IMG/VR virus record: IMGVR_UViG_3300033429_000001
Location: 8,742 to 72,741 of that record
Reading direction: 5' to 3' (one strand)
Length of the DNA: 64,000 nucleotides
Source of the DNA: a virus
Position numbers and translations under genes: made by a program. Positions 8,842 through 16,778 of the stretch are shown here, piece after piece (within the stretch, counting starts at the first letter, position 1; every line of letters begins with the position of its first letter). The notes beneath the pieces were generated by a model. It searched no databases. It worked only from the letters and a program-made list of their open reading frames with translations, and was not told the origin of the DNA.

Positions 8842-9159
8842 ATGAACAGGTGGAAACGCAGAGCCAGGGCGCTGGCCCGACTTGCCGAAGATCAATGCGG
8901 CAAACCAGAGGGTGACGCTGCCAGAGCAAAACTGCTTGAGATGGTTAATAAATATCCTCAAGCCAGAGATTATGAGGCTGTTCAAGAATTGGCTCAACGT
9001 GACTTTTCAATGGCAGATTTTGGCAATATGAAACGACAGGGTATCTCAACAAGCGGCAGTTGGACGGGAACAAATTTGGCAAATGCACTCAAGATAATGG
9101 TAGAGGATTACCGGCAAAGGCGGGCAAACCACAAGCCACGACTACCGGAGGGCCGATGA
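8842..9159 (+). CDS. Hypothetical protein (DUF2786-like N-terminus)
   Basis: ALARLAED...PEGDAARAKL pattern; ATGA-coupled to the next gene. Confidence 0.55.
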   Translation: MNRWKRRARALARLAEDQCGKPEGDAARAKLLEMVNKYPQARDYEAVQELAQRDFSMADFGNMKRQGISTSGSWTGTNLANALKIMVEDYRQRRANHKPRLPEGR

Positions 9160-9380
9160 AAGCTCTTTTCGCTTTAGCCATAACCGCATCACTAATCGTA
9201 CCATTCCCCCCGCGTTTCTTCTATTATGTCGTTGAGCCGGGCGATACCCTTTGGGACATCTCCTCCCGTTACCTTGGGGCCGGCTGGCGTTACCCAGAGA
9301 TAGTAAAACTCAATAGTCGTCAGATTTTGGATCCAGATTTGATATATCCAGACCAGGTGTTTATCATACCAGACGAGTGA
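9156..9380 (+). CDS. Exported single-LysM protein
   Basis: Signal peptide then YVVEPGDTLWDIS..YLG.G.RYPEI...N...I.DPDLIYPDQVFIIP. Confidence 0.9.
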   Translation: MKALFALAITASLIVPFPPRFFYYVVEPGDTLWDISSRYLGAGWRYPEIVKLNSRQILDPDLIYPDQVFIIPDE

Positions 9381-9385
9381 GGGAA

Positions 9386-9703
9386 ATGAATATTTCAAAT
9401 CCTGAAATAATTATAGTGGCATTGATAACAGCTACAGCTTCAGCCATAACCGGCGCTTTGACTTGGCTATTTGGTCGTCGCAAAAGCGACGCAGAGATAG
9501 CAGAAATTTCCGCCAGAGTTTACAATACTCTGGTCGAAGACTTGGAAGGTCGAGTCGAGAAACAAGGCGAGACCATCAAAGACCAGGGCAAGATGTTGGA
9601 AAAAATGCGTATTTACGTTGAAAAATTGGAGCAACTGCTTTTGACGAACAACATAATCAAACGTCACGAACTGGAAGAAATTAAGGGAACCATAGGGTTA
9701 TGA
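9386..9703 (+). CDS. Holin-like protein (one TM plus coiled coil)
   Basis: N-terminal TM, GRRKS, then coiled coil. Confidence 0.6.
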   Translation: MNISNPEIIIVALITATASAITGALTWLFGRRKSDAEIAEISARVYNTLVEDLEGRVEKQGETIKDQGKMLEKMRIYVEKLEQLLLTNNIIKRHELEEIKGTIGL

Positions 9704-10041
9704 AGATAGTTCTTGTATGCCTGATACTCGCGGTCTTATCAGCATTACAGTATCGTGTGATTTTGCGCGGTCGATGGTATGTCGAGAAGCCCATAAAAAT
9801 ACCCAACCATTGGGCCGGCCATGCAGTGATTGGGATTGTTGTCGTGGTAAGCCTAAATCGTATGTTTCTTGATATGCCACTCGAGATCTACCGATCCCTA
9901 TTTGTTACGTTTTTATCTCCTTTTATGTTTATTTATATGGCAAGCCTTAAATCGTGGCGAATTTATACAGATATTGCCCCGGCGATTTTGGGAGTGCTGA
10001 CAAAGCTTAATGAGTTGAAACCTGGCAATCCTGGGGTGTAG
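9700..10041 (+). CDS. Membrane protein
   Basis: Three hydrophobic segments; ATGA overlap. Confidence 0.55.
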   Translation: MKIVLVCLILAVLSALQYRVILRGRWYVEKPIKIPNHWAGHAVIGIVVVVSLNRMFLDMPLEIYRSLFVTFLSPFMFIYMASLKSWRIYTDIAPAILGVLTKLNELKPGNPGV

Positions 10042-10049
10042 GTAAAAAA

Positions 10050-10700
10050 ATGACCAAGCCAAAAATCACAATCATCAAGATGGCGGATTTAAAGCCAGAC
10101 GGTGCCAATGCGAATGAGGGTACTGAACGCGGTCGGGAAGTGCTTAGAGATAGCGTCAGGGAATTTGGAGTAGCCGAGGCTGGAACACTGGACAAAAACG
10201 ATAGAATCGTCGGTGGAAATAAGAGATTTGAAGCCTACGGCGAGGCTGGCATGGATGATGAGGTTATTGTCATAGAGGTTGATGGCAAGCAGCCAGTCTA
10301 CATCAAGCGAAATAACATTGACCTGAAGACCCCGGAGGGCAGACGCCTGGCGCATATGCTGAACCGGTCACATGAGCTTAGTTATACTCTGGACGTAGAT
10401 CAATTATTTGTAGACATAGATGGCGTTGAGTTGAAAGATTTATGGGGCGAGGATGAGTTGGCGGGGCTGTTTGGGGCGATTTTGCAAGATGCTGAACCCT
10501 CTAAGGGCGGCAGATCGTTGGGTGATAAAAAAAAACAAATAAAGCCCGTCTTGTACGTGGACGAGGTAAAGATATTCGAGTTGGCAATCAGGGCTACCGG
10601 TGAAAAGAACCGGGGGCAGGCACTAATCAAAATATGCGAGGCATATCTTGGGACAGAGGGACAATTCGACATTGGCCTTGAAAATATCCTTGAGACGTAA
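10050..10700 (+). CDS. ParB/Srx-like N-terminal domain protein
   Basis: DLKPDGANAN...LRDSVREFG...IVGGNKRFEA pattern typical of ParB-like domains next to phage MTases. Confidence 0.7.
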   Translation: MTKPKITIIKMADLKPDGANANEGTERGREVLRDSVREFGVAEAGTLDKNDRIVGGNKRFEAYGEAGMDDEVIVIEVDGKQPVYIKRNNIDLKTPEGRRLAHMLNRSHELSYTLDVDQLFVDIDGVELKDLWGEDELAGLFGAILQDAEPSKGGRSLGDKKKQIKPVLYVDEVKIFELAIRATGEKNRGQALIKICEAYLGTEGQFDIGLENILET

Positions 10701-11244
10701 TTTACTCAAGGAAATAGAATCCCCTGTGGTCATGGAGACGCACGGCGGTAACGGTGTTTTGTGGCGTCGCTGTTATGATAGCGTACCCGATGGTGTTGTT
10801 TTTGAGAAGGACGCCAAAAAAGCGGATATACTAGGTAAGCAGCGTCCGTGCTGGGCAGTGTATGAGGCTGACTGTATAAGTGCAATTTCCGATGGAGTAG
10901 GAGGGCACCTGGACATCAACTTTGTGGATTTTGATCCATACGGCGAACCCTGGCCAGCGATTGACGCATTTTTTGAGAGTGAACGCCCACGGCCTGATAG
11001 GTTGGCGGTGGTGGTGAATGACGGGTTAAGAGGAACATTAAAAATCGGGGCATGGAGTGTAAAATCTATGACCGAAGCCGTTGAAAGATACGGCAATAGC
11101 ATCTACCATGACTATCTCAAAATCTGCCAAGAATTACTACAACAAAAAGCGGCCCAACGAGGCTACAAGTTAACTCGTTGGGCCGGGTACTATTGCGGCC
11201 ACGCCAAAGAAATAACTCATTATGGCGCGGTGTTTGTTCTTTAG
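10648..11244 (+). CDS. SAM-dependent methyltransferase-like protein (TcmP/DPY type)
   Basis: VMETHGGNG (motif I-like), VVFEKD, VDFDPYG. Confidence 0.65.
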   Translation: MGQRDNSTLALKISLRRNLLKEIESPVVMETHGGNGVLWRRCYDSVPDGVVFEKDAKKADILGKQRPCWAVYEADCISAISDGVGGHLDINFVDFDPYGEPWPAIDAFFESERPRPDRLAVVVNDGLRGTLKIGAWSVKSMTEAVERYGNSIYHDYLKICQELLQQKAAQRGYKLTRWAGYYCGHAKEITHYGAVFVL

Positions 11245-12092
11245 TTGTGTTGAGGGACGCGCCTGGGGTTGTGATAGCCTTCGGGCAAGTACTTCTGCAA
11301 GTCTCTTTTAACATAGTGTGTTGCATTGAGACTATTTAACAATTCAATAACCTCACCCGTGAAACGCTTCCAGTCTGTGGTTTTGGTTAACTTATGATAG
11401 TTGACCCGTCCGACTTTATAGAGACTTACAAAACCGTGAGTTTGCCTGATTATTTCCAGGGTGGTTTCGGTGTCGATGACCGGTTCAAGGGAGACCCAGG
11501 TAAAGATACCGGCGTCGTGAAATTCCTTTAGGGTATCGATTCTGTCTTGAGGTAGGGCAGCGGCTGGCTCCCACTCTTTGGATACATCTGGGTCAAGACT
11601 GGTCAGGGTGCTGGCGAAGGCATCGCGGTTTGGACGGAAAAGGTCAAGATCGCGGAGGGCACGAGAGCCACCTTTTGTCAATGTGCATACTGCAAGCCCG
11701 AAGGCTTGTAGGTTTATGATTGTGGTGCGGGTCAGGCTGTTTGTGATGGGGTTGTAGGGGTCTGTGGTAAAGCTGAGTAAGACCTGCTCAGTGATCCCGG
11801 CGGCCTCGTACTTGGCAGCATCCTTTTGAAGCTTTTGGATGAAGCCTGACCTGGGGGCGGCCGTGGAGTCGAATTCCTGGCGAGACATTCGGAGGACGGC
11901 GGGAACGTAGCAATACACGCACTTGTGACCGCATCCCCGGTAAGGGTTGCAGGCCAGCTTGGCATACTCGCCGGCCTGCCCTGCCGGGGCGTAGATGTGT
12001 GAGCAGCCCTTAATAGAGTGACCGTCGGGGTTGAGTGTAAATTTTGGTTTGATTACCTGGGTTGGTTCAGATAGTAAAGATAGCTGAGTCAT
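11241..12092 (-). CDS. Radical SAM protein (spore photoproduct lyase-like)
   Basis: NPYRGCGHKCVYCY (CxxxCxxC), FTTDPY, TLTK, WVSLEP. Confidence 0.9.
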   Translation of the reverse strand: MTQLSLLSEPTQVIKPKFTLNPDGHSIKGCSHIYAPAGQAGEYAKLACNPYRGCGHKCVYCYVPAVLRMSRQEFDSTAAPRSGFIQKLQKDAAKYEAAGITEQVLLSFTTDPYNPITNSLTRTTIINLQAFGLAVCTLTKGGSRALRDLDLFRPNRDAFASTLTSLDPDVSKEWEPAAALPQDRIDTLKEFHDAGIFTWVSLEPVIDTETTLEIIRQTHGFVSLYKVGRVNYHKLTKTTDWKRFTGEVIELLNSLNATHYVKRDLQKYLPEGYHNPRRVPQHN

Positions 12093-12277
12093 TATGATTT
12101 CTCCTTGTTTGGTTCGGTAAGTTTGATTTTTCCGTCTGCAATGGCTCGAACAAGTTGACTAATTGAGCCAACCTTACCAGCACCGGTACCGCGAGTTTGC
12201 AAAAATCCAAGCTCGCGGGCCTTTGCCTCAAGGCTATTGGATTGCTCGTCTGAAAAATATACTGACGATCTTTTCAT
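12092..12277 (-). CDS. Ribbon-helix-helix-like DNA-binding protein
   Basis: MKRSSVYFSDEQ...SISQLVRAIADG; AAGGAG RBS. Confidence 0.6.
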   Translation of the reverse strand: MKRSSVYFSDEQSNSLEAKARELGFLQTRGTGAGKVGSISQLVRAIADGKIKLTEPNKEKS

Positions 12278-12450
12278 TTTCTGATACTCCTTTCGGCCTC
12301 TTCTTTTGTAGAGTGGGGGCCTGATATTATTTCGTAAAATTTGGCGATAATGCCAGGGATAGGTTGGCGACTTACCCATTCGTAAGTGTACCAGCCTGGG
12401 CAGTTTTTACTCTGCCGGGTTTAACCACCCACCCGGCGAAGGATTAAGAA

Positions 12451-12849
12451 TTATGATCTACATTGTTTACTGACGATGTGGTCGGCCAGGTAATCTCTGG
12501 CGGTGTCAATCAACTTGAAGAGGTCAGAGTTTGGCACATCGCCTTCTGAGCATTGGTACATCCATTCTTTGATCTCTTGGTAAGTTTTGATCTGCACAGG
12601 AGGCATAACAAATTGGTAATGAAAGTTCAGCGGACGAAATTCTTCGGCTGCCCCTTTACCGTATCGCTCGTTAACTGCCATTACGTTCAGTTGGAACATG
12701 TCATTTGCTAATCTGGAACAATCTTCATTACGATTCAGATTATATCCTGCGTCCTCTATTTCTCTGACAATGTGGGTCAGGTGTTTGGTAGCCTTGAAAA
12801 AACTTACAATTCTGTTAATAGTATCGTCATTTACTACATATGAACTCAT
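12451..12849 (-). CDS. Hypothetical phage protein
   Basis: AAGGAG RBS; downstream of promoter module B; NVMAVNERY and YQCSE motifs. Confidence 0.75.
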   Translation of the reverse strand: MSSYVVNDDTINRIVSFFKATKHLTHIVREIEDAGYNLNRNEDCSRLANDMFQLNVMAVNERYGKGAAEEFRPLNFHYQFVMPPVQIKTYQEIKEWMYQCSEGDVPNSDLFKLIDTARDYLADHIVSKQCRS

Positions 12850-12888
12850 CTTTTGTTTCTCCTTAAAAAGTAATATCTAACTGTAAAT

Positions 12889-12972
12889 ATTATAACATAC
12901 TTATGCCGTAAACACAAGTGGAAGTTTCGCTGAATGAAACAAAAACAAACAAAATTTGATAATTTTAAGGTT
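12889..12972 (-). promoter_or_regulatory. Leftward promoter module, copy B
   Basis: Minus strand TTGTGT-17-TATAAT; near-identical to 14080-14162. Confidence 0.75.
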
Positions 12973-13846
12973 AAACGATGTAGGCAAGAGCAGACTTGAG
13001 GGCCAGGGCTGCGGCGGTACACTGGTCGCGCTTGAAGTTCTTTCCCAGTGCATTCCAGGCTTCGGCGGCCTGTTGCCAAAAATTGATTTGATTATTAAGT
13101 ACTTCGTGAGGCTTATTACCGCTTGTTGGCGGGATAGTTGTTGATGGTAGAGGCGGGTCTGCTGGAACTTCTGTTGGTTGGTCGTTGACGCTAATTTGAC
13201 CGCCAAACAACGGGGCGTCAAACAAGGTGGCCTGGGCCTGCTGCTGGAACAATTCGCCGCAGACTCTACGGAACCATGCCGGGGTAGGGCTGGTGTTGTC
13301 TCGAAGCTTGCGGATGGCTAACATTTGGAAGTTGGAGTCAAGGTCGGCTTGGGAAATGATTTGAGCGTAGCCTAGACCAATGTCGCCGGTTCTAACTAAG
13401 TCTTGAAGGTCATCACGAAGCTTCAGAAGCTTGAGACGAAATTCAACTCTTACGGAACTGACACCGGCTTGCTTGGAACACTTTTTAGCGTCCCACCCGT
13501 AAAGGCTAATCCGGCTGGCGTAAGCGTTGGCCTCGTCGATGGGGTCGAGGTCGTCGCGGCTGACATTTTCGGTGAGCATAACGGCGCTGGCTTCTTCATC
13601 GTTGAGGCTAACGACGATACACGGAACCTCTGACCAGTTCAGGAGTTCAATGGCTCGTGTACGACGCTCGCCGGCAACTATCTGGTACATTTCCGTGCTG
13701 TCTATATGGCGCACGGTAATCGGCTGAATTAGGCCATTCTCGCTGATACTGTTAGCCAGTTCTTGCAGGGCCTTTGGGTCAAAGCGAGTGCGGTCATTGT
13801 TGCCGGGTACTATGAGGGTTGTGTCAATCATTTTGATGTTGGACAT
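12971..13846 (-). CDS. parB: ParB/Spo0J family protein
   Basis: LQELANSISENGLIQPITVR, YQIVAGERRTRA, ENVSRDDLDPIDEA, HTH. Confidence 0.92.
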   Translation of the reverse strand: MSNIKMIDTTLIVPGNNDRTRFDPKALQELANSISENGLIQPITVRHIDSTEMYQIVAGERRTRAIELLNWSEVPCIVVSLNDEEASAVMLTENVSRDDLDPIDEANAYASRISLYGWDAKKCSKQAGVSSVRVEFRLKLLKLRDDLQDLVRTGDIGLGYAQIISQADLDSNFQMLAIRKLRDNTSPTPAWFRRVCGELFQQQAQATLFDAPLFGGQISVNDQPTEVPADPPLPSTTIPPTSGNKPHEVLNNQINFWQQAAEAWNALGKNFKRDQCTAAALALKSALAYIV

Positions 13847-14040
13847 TATAATTGCTCACTTTTGCCGTTTGACCAGATGGCTTCTTCTCTCTGAAAAACA
13901 TCGACTGCAAACCAGAAGTTATCTTCTTCTGCTACGTGGTATTCTATGTGACCTTCTTTGTCGTCACTATAAACGATGAAGTTATCATCTGATTTTAATG
14001 ATTTTTCTTTTGCTAATTTACTTGCTTTTCCGTAGGTCAT
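13846..14040 (-). CDS. Hypothetical protein
   Basis: AAGGAG RBS; TAATG coupling to parB. Confidence 0.7.
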   Translation of the reverse strand: MTYGKASKLAKEKSLKSDDNFIVYSDDKEGHIEYHVAEEDNFWFAVDVFQREEAIWSNGKSEQL

Positions 14041-14079
14041 AATTTTTGTCTCCTTAAAAAGTAATATCTAACTATGAAT

Positions 14080-14162
14080 AGTATAGCATACTTATGCTGT
14101 AAACACAAGTGGAAGTTTCAGTAGGTGAAACAAAAACAAACAAAAATTGATAATTTTAAGGT
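14080..14162 (-). promoter_or_regulatory. Leftward promoter module, copy C
   Basis: Minus strand TTGTGT-17-TATACT; palindrome AGCATA-CT-TATGCT in the spacer; GTTTC-N7-GAAAC upstream. Confidence 0.75.
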
Positions 14163-14187
14163 AAAATACTAAACACAGGAACTGAAC

Positions 14188-14697
14188 ATGGCCAGTAAAG
14201 AGGCTCTAATGGAACTGAGGCGGTCTCTGATCGCTGCCCTTCTATCTGCTGACCCGAGAATTACGCAACGGCAGATATTGACCGCATTGGAGAGAAAGGG
14301 ACTATTTAACCCAGATTCGGGGAATCCCTATTCTGTGGGCACCATCAACACGGACATCAAGGTCATAAAAGTGCAATGGCGCGAGCGGGCAGGGATAGAT
14401 GCAGAGGGCTGGTTGAGCGAGGTTTTGGCCAAACTTGACGAATTGGAAAAAAAGGGCTGGACTACGGGAAAGCCTGATTTGGTACTGAAGTGTATTCAGG
14501 AGCGCAATAAATTACTGGGATTGTACTCCCCCTCCAGGCAAGAAATCACCGGTGCCGGTGGCGGCCCGATAAAGACAGAGGATGCAACCCTTACCGACGA
14601 AGAGCGAATTAATAGAATTGCAGCCATATTTGACCGGGCAAGAGCTAAACGAGACAGGCAAGCTGACACACAACAAGAAAAGTTGCCAGGCGAATAA
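14188..14697 (+). CDS. terS: Terminase small subunit (putative)
   Basis: N-terminal HTH, ERNKLLGL, and C-terminal EITGAGGGPI motif typical of TerS; lies upstream of TerL. Confidence 0.75.
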   Translation: MASKEALMELRRSLIAALLSADPRITQRQILTALERKGLFNPDSGNPYSVGTINTDIKVIKVQWRERAGIDAEGWLSEVLAKLDELEKKGWTTGKPDLVLKCIQERNKLLGLYSPSRQEITGAGGGPIKTEDATLTDEERINRIAAIFDRARAKRDRQADTQQEKLPGE

Positions 14698-14711
14698 TTG
14701 CATGGTATACT
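14683..14711 (+). promoter_or_regulatory. Promoter of the TIGR-like cassette
   Basis: TTGCCA (14683-14688), 17 nt, extended -10 TGgTATACT (14703-14711). Confidence 0.7.
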
Positions 14712-14716
14712 CTCAA

Positions 14717-14797
14717 TGTTCGTGAGTGGTATCAAAATTGTAAAAAACCGTTTTGGGGAGTGCAGGCCACTCGCGAACACCCAAGGCGGTTTTTTTT
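14717..14797 (+). promoter_or_regulatory. Attenuator-like leader (A-B-A'-B'-polyT)
   Basis: TGTTCGTGAGTGG/CCACTCGCGAACA interleaved with AAAAAACCGTTTTGGG/CCCAAGGCGGTTTTTT. Confidence 0.7.
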
Positions 14798-14826
14798 ATT
14801 GCGTTGTAGGCGAGGCAGGCGAAGAT

Positions 14827-15450
14827 ATGGAAACAAAAGAAGATATGGCAAAGCAGAGCAAAATGACGAAGGGAAAAATTACCATTGACGTGCGTGACTG
14901 GCAAAAAGAATTTGCCGAGATAGAGCCGGATTTAACCGGCGATGACCCGATAATTGACCTTGCCCTGACAGGATTAAAACCACAGCAAGCGGGCAGGATG
15001 ATAACCATCGCCGGAGAGCGTGGTGATTTAAAAGACTTTCCGGGTTCAAAGCTTTTGCTGATGGTCGGGGGAGCTAATTTCTTTAGTAGTCACGTGGCGC
15101 GGGCCAAGCGAGAAATTACGCTGAAGAACGGCAAGACCTTTAGCGGTCGGGCCTACATCGCCCCGGCTCGTGAGGTGGCGGGAGAGGATGAGGAGGATCA
15201 GTCTGATAATGATACCCATCTACAACATGCTGCCTCATCCCTTCCTGCCTCAAATTGGCTTGATGAGAAAGTAGTCAGCACAATCGACCCGGCTACTTTT
15301 GACCGGGCCGTCAGGTATCTTTTCAACCAAGTGACGGGTAATATCTGGAAGCGTTTTTTACACATTGCCGAACACAAGCCGGGTGAAGTGGAACGGATAG
15401 CCGGCGAGTTGAAAGATAGGATAGATGAGATGGTAGAGCGGTTGAGTTAG
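14827..15450 (+). CDS. Hypothetical protein co-transcribed with the TIGR-like array; contains one guide unit in its acidic linker
   Basis: 207-aa ORF between the leader and the array; no family recognised. Confidence 0.7.
   Translation: METKEDMAKQSKMTKGKITIDVRDWQKEFAEIEPDLTGDDPIIDLALTGLKPQQAGRMITIAGERGDLKDFPGSKLLLMVGGANFFSSHVARAKREITLKNGKTFSGRAYIAPAREVAGEDEEDQSDNDTHLQHAASSLPASNWLDEKVVSTIDPATFDRAVRYLFNQVTGNIWKRFLHIAEHKPGEVERIAGELKDRIDEMVERLS
15186..15240 (+). ncRNA. Orphan tigRNA-like unit inside the upstream ORF
   Basis: Stem GGATGAGG/CCTCATCC enclosing TCA-gtctgataa-TGATACCCA-tctacaaca-TG. Confidence 0.75.
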
Positions 15451-15960
15451 CCAGCCGGCGCGTAATACCCAAGCATCTTGTGCTACCAATCGCAACCGGT
15501 GGGGCGGCCACATGCCGCGTGATACCCAAACTTCATGTGCCGCCCCACCTTAAAAGCTTACTGAGGGCCAAATCCTAAGTGATGCCCAGTCCAACGGTGC
15601 CCTTGACAAAATCCGAGGTTGAGCCAGGTTGAACGTGATACCCACGATAATTGTGTTCAACCCCGGCTTTTGGAGAGAAGCCAGTAGCATAGTGATACCC
15701 ATGAAACGTGTGCTTCTCTCCCAAATCAAGGCAATTGGTCTTGACCAGATTAGCGGTGATACCCACCTAGACAGTGAAAGGACAAAAATAATGAACCAAA
15801 GTGAATGTGATACCCAGAATCAATGTGTTCAAATTGAAGGCAACAACGGAGAGGGCCAGGAATCCTGTGATACCCAGTTAATGGACGTCCCCTCCGACGA
15901 TAACGGGACGGGCGTCCATAAAAGTCATGATACCCACTCCCCATGTGACACCCGTCCCGA
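15440..15960 (+). ncRNA. Stem-loop TIGR-like array, nine tandem dual-spacer guide units
   Basis: CCA-N9-TGATACCCA-N9-TG with CCA at 15451, 15508, 15568, 15624, 15681, 15745, 15796, 15856 and 15916; each unit is flanked by a unit-specific inverted repeat. Confidence 0.88.
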
Positions 15961-16720
15961 CCCAAAGCCCCGCAAGCATCCCCACCTATGGCAAGCCTAT
16001 CTATGGTGGTACGAGTTGATGGAAATGCGCAAGCGTCACAACTCGCGTATTTCCTCAATCGAAAATGGCAAGAGCAATCTTGACGCGGGATTTGAACGGG
16101 AAATGATAGCGATGCTTCAGCTTGACATCCTGGTTGACCCGAAGAATAAGACCCAGCGAGCTATGTCTGCCAAGCAGATAATGGTGAATTATGGCGAGGC
16201 TGTTGGGCCAATATGGGACTGGTGTTTGGCCCATAAGGGAATGGGGGAAAGCCTGACTGCCCAACTATTGGCCCAGATAGACGACATCAACAATTCCCCA
16301 TCGGTGTCCAGTCTGTGGAGGTTTGCCGGGTTCAGTATTGACGGGGGGAAGGCAGAGAAAAATCATAAAGGGGTCAAGTCGCCCTTTAACCACAAACTCA
16401 AGGGTATCTGTTTCAATATTGCCGATCAATTCATCCGGCAGCAAACGCCGTACTATGTCGATATTTATTATGCCGAGAAACAACGCCAGCGAGAATTATA
16501 TCCCGAACCAGTTTGTCGGGGCTGTGGAGAGTTGGCAGTACAGAAACGGAAAAAGGTTAGAGGCAAAATGGTGATGACCTGGGGCTGTCCCGAGAATGGC
16601 AAGCACGTTGTAAATTATACCGATGCCCACCTGCATATTAGAGGGTGGCGTAAGATGATAAAGGAATTTCTTAAGGACTTGTGGGTAGCGTGGCGCAGGA
16701 TTGAGGGTCAGATAGAATGA
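15791..16720 (+). CDS. tasA: Nop-domain (IS110 C-terminal-like) RNA-binding protein without nuclease domain, TasA-like
   Basis: GAAAGGA RBS before ATG 15791; coiled coil, then KGMGESLTAQLLAQIDDI...SSLWRFAGF, FNHKLK...IADQFIR, YYAEK, HLHIRGWRKMIKEFLKDLWVAW. No DEDD RuvC and no IS110 catalytic SG loop. Confidence 0.8.
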   Translation: MNQSECDTQNQCVQIEGNNGEGQESCDTQLMDVPSDDNGTGVHKSHDTHSPCDTRPDPKPRKHPHLWQAYLWWYELMEMRKRHNSRISSIENGKSNLDAGFEREMIAMLQLDILVDPKNKTQRAMSAKQIMVNYGEAVGPIWDWCLAHKGMGESLTAQLLAQIDDINNSPSVSSLWRFAGFSIDGGKAEKNHKGVKSPFNHKLKGICFNIADQFIRQQTPYYVDIYYAEKQRQRELYPEPVCRGCGELAVQKRKKVRGKMVMTWGCPENGKHVVNYTDAHLHIRGWRKMIKEFLKDLWVAWRRIEGQIE

Positions 16721-16744
16721 GATAAACACAGCAACGCAAACCCA

Positions 16745-16778
16745 AGAGGGCCAGAGTTATCTGACCCTCTTTTATTTT
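16745..16778 (+). terminator. Terminator closing the TIGR-like cassette
   Basis: AGAGGGCCAGA/TCTGACCCTCT hairpin followed by TTTATTTT. Confidence 0.65.

Noticed and set aside
15440-15960. CRISPR array
   Set aside because: The constant parts are only 3, 9 and 2 nt, the variable parts are 9 nt, and there are no cas genes; the geometry fits dual-spacer TIGR units instead.
15629-16720. IS110 transposase / insertion sequence
   Set aside because: No N-terminal DEDD RuvC domain and no catalytic serine loop. The TTG start at 15629 lacks an RBS and lies mid-array.
16715-16760. Eleventh guide unit downstream of tasA (CAAACCCA)
   Set aside because: Lacks the CCA-N9 and N9-TG geometry; better explained as the terminator region.
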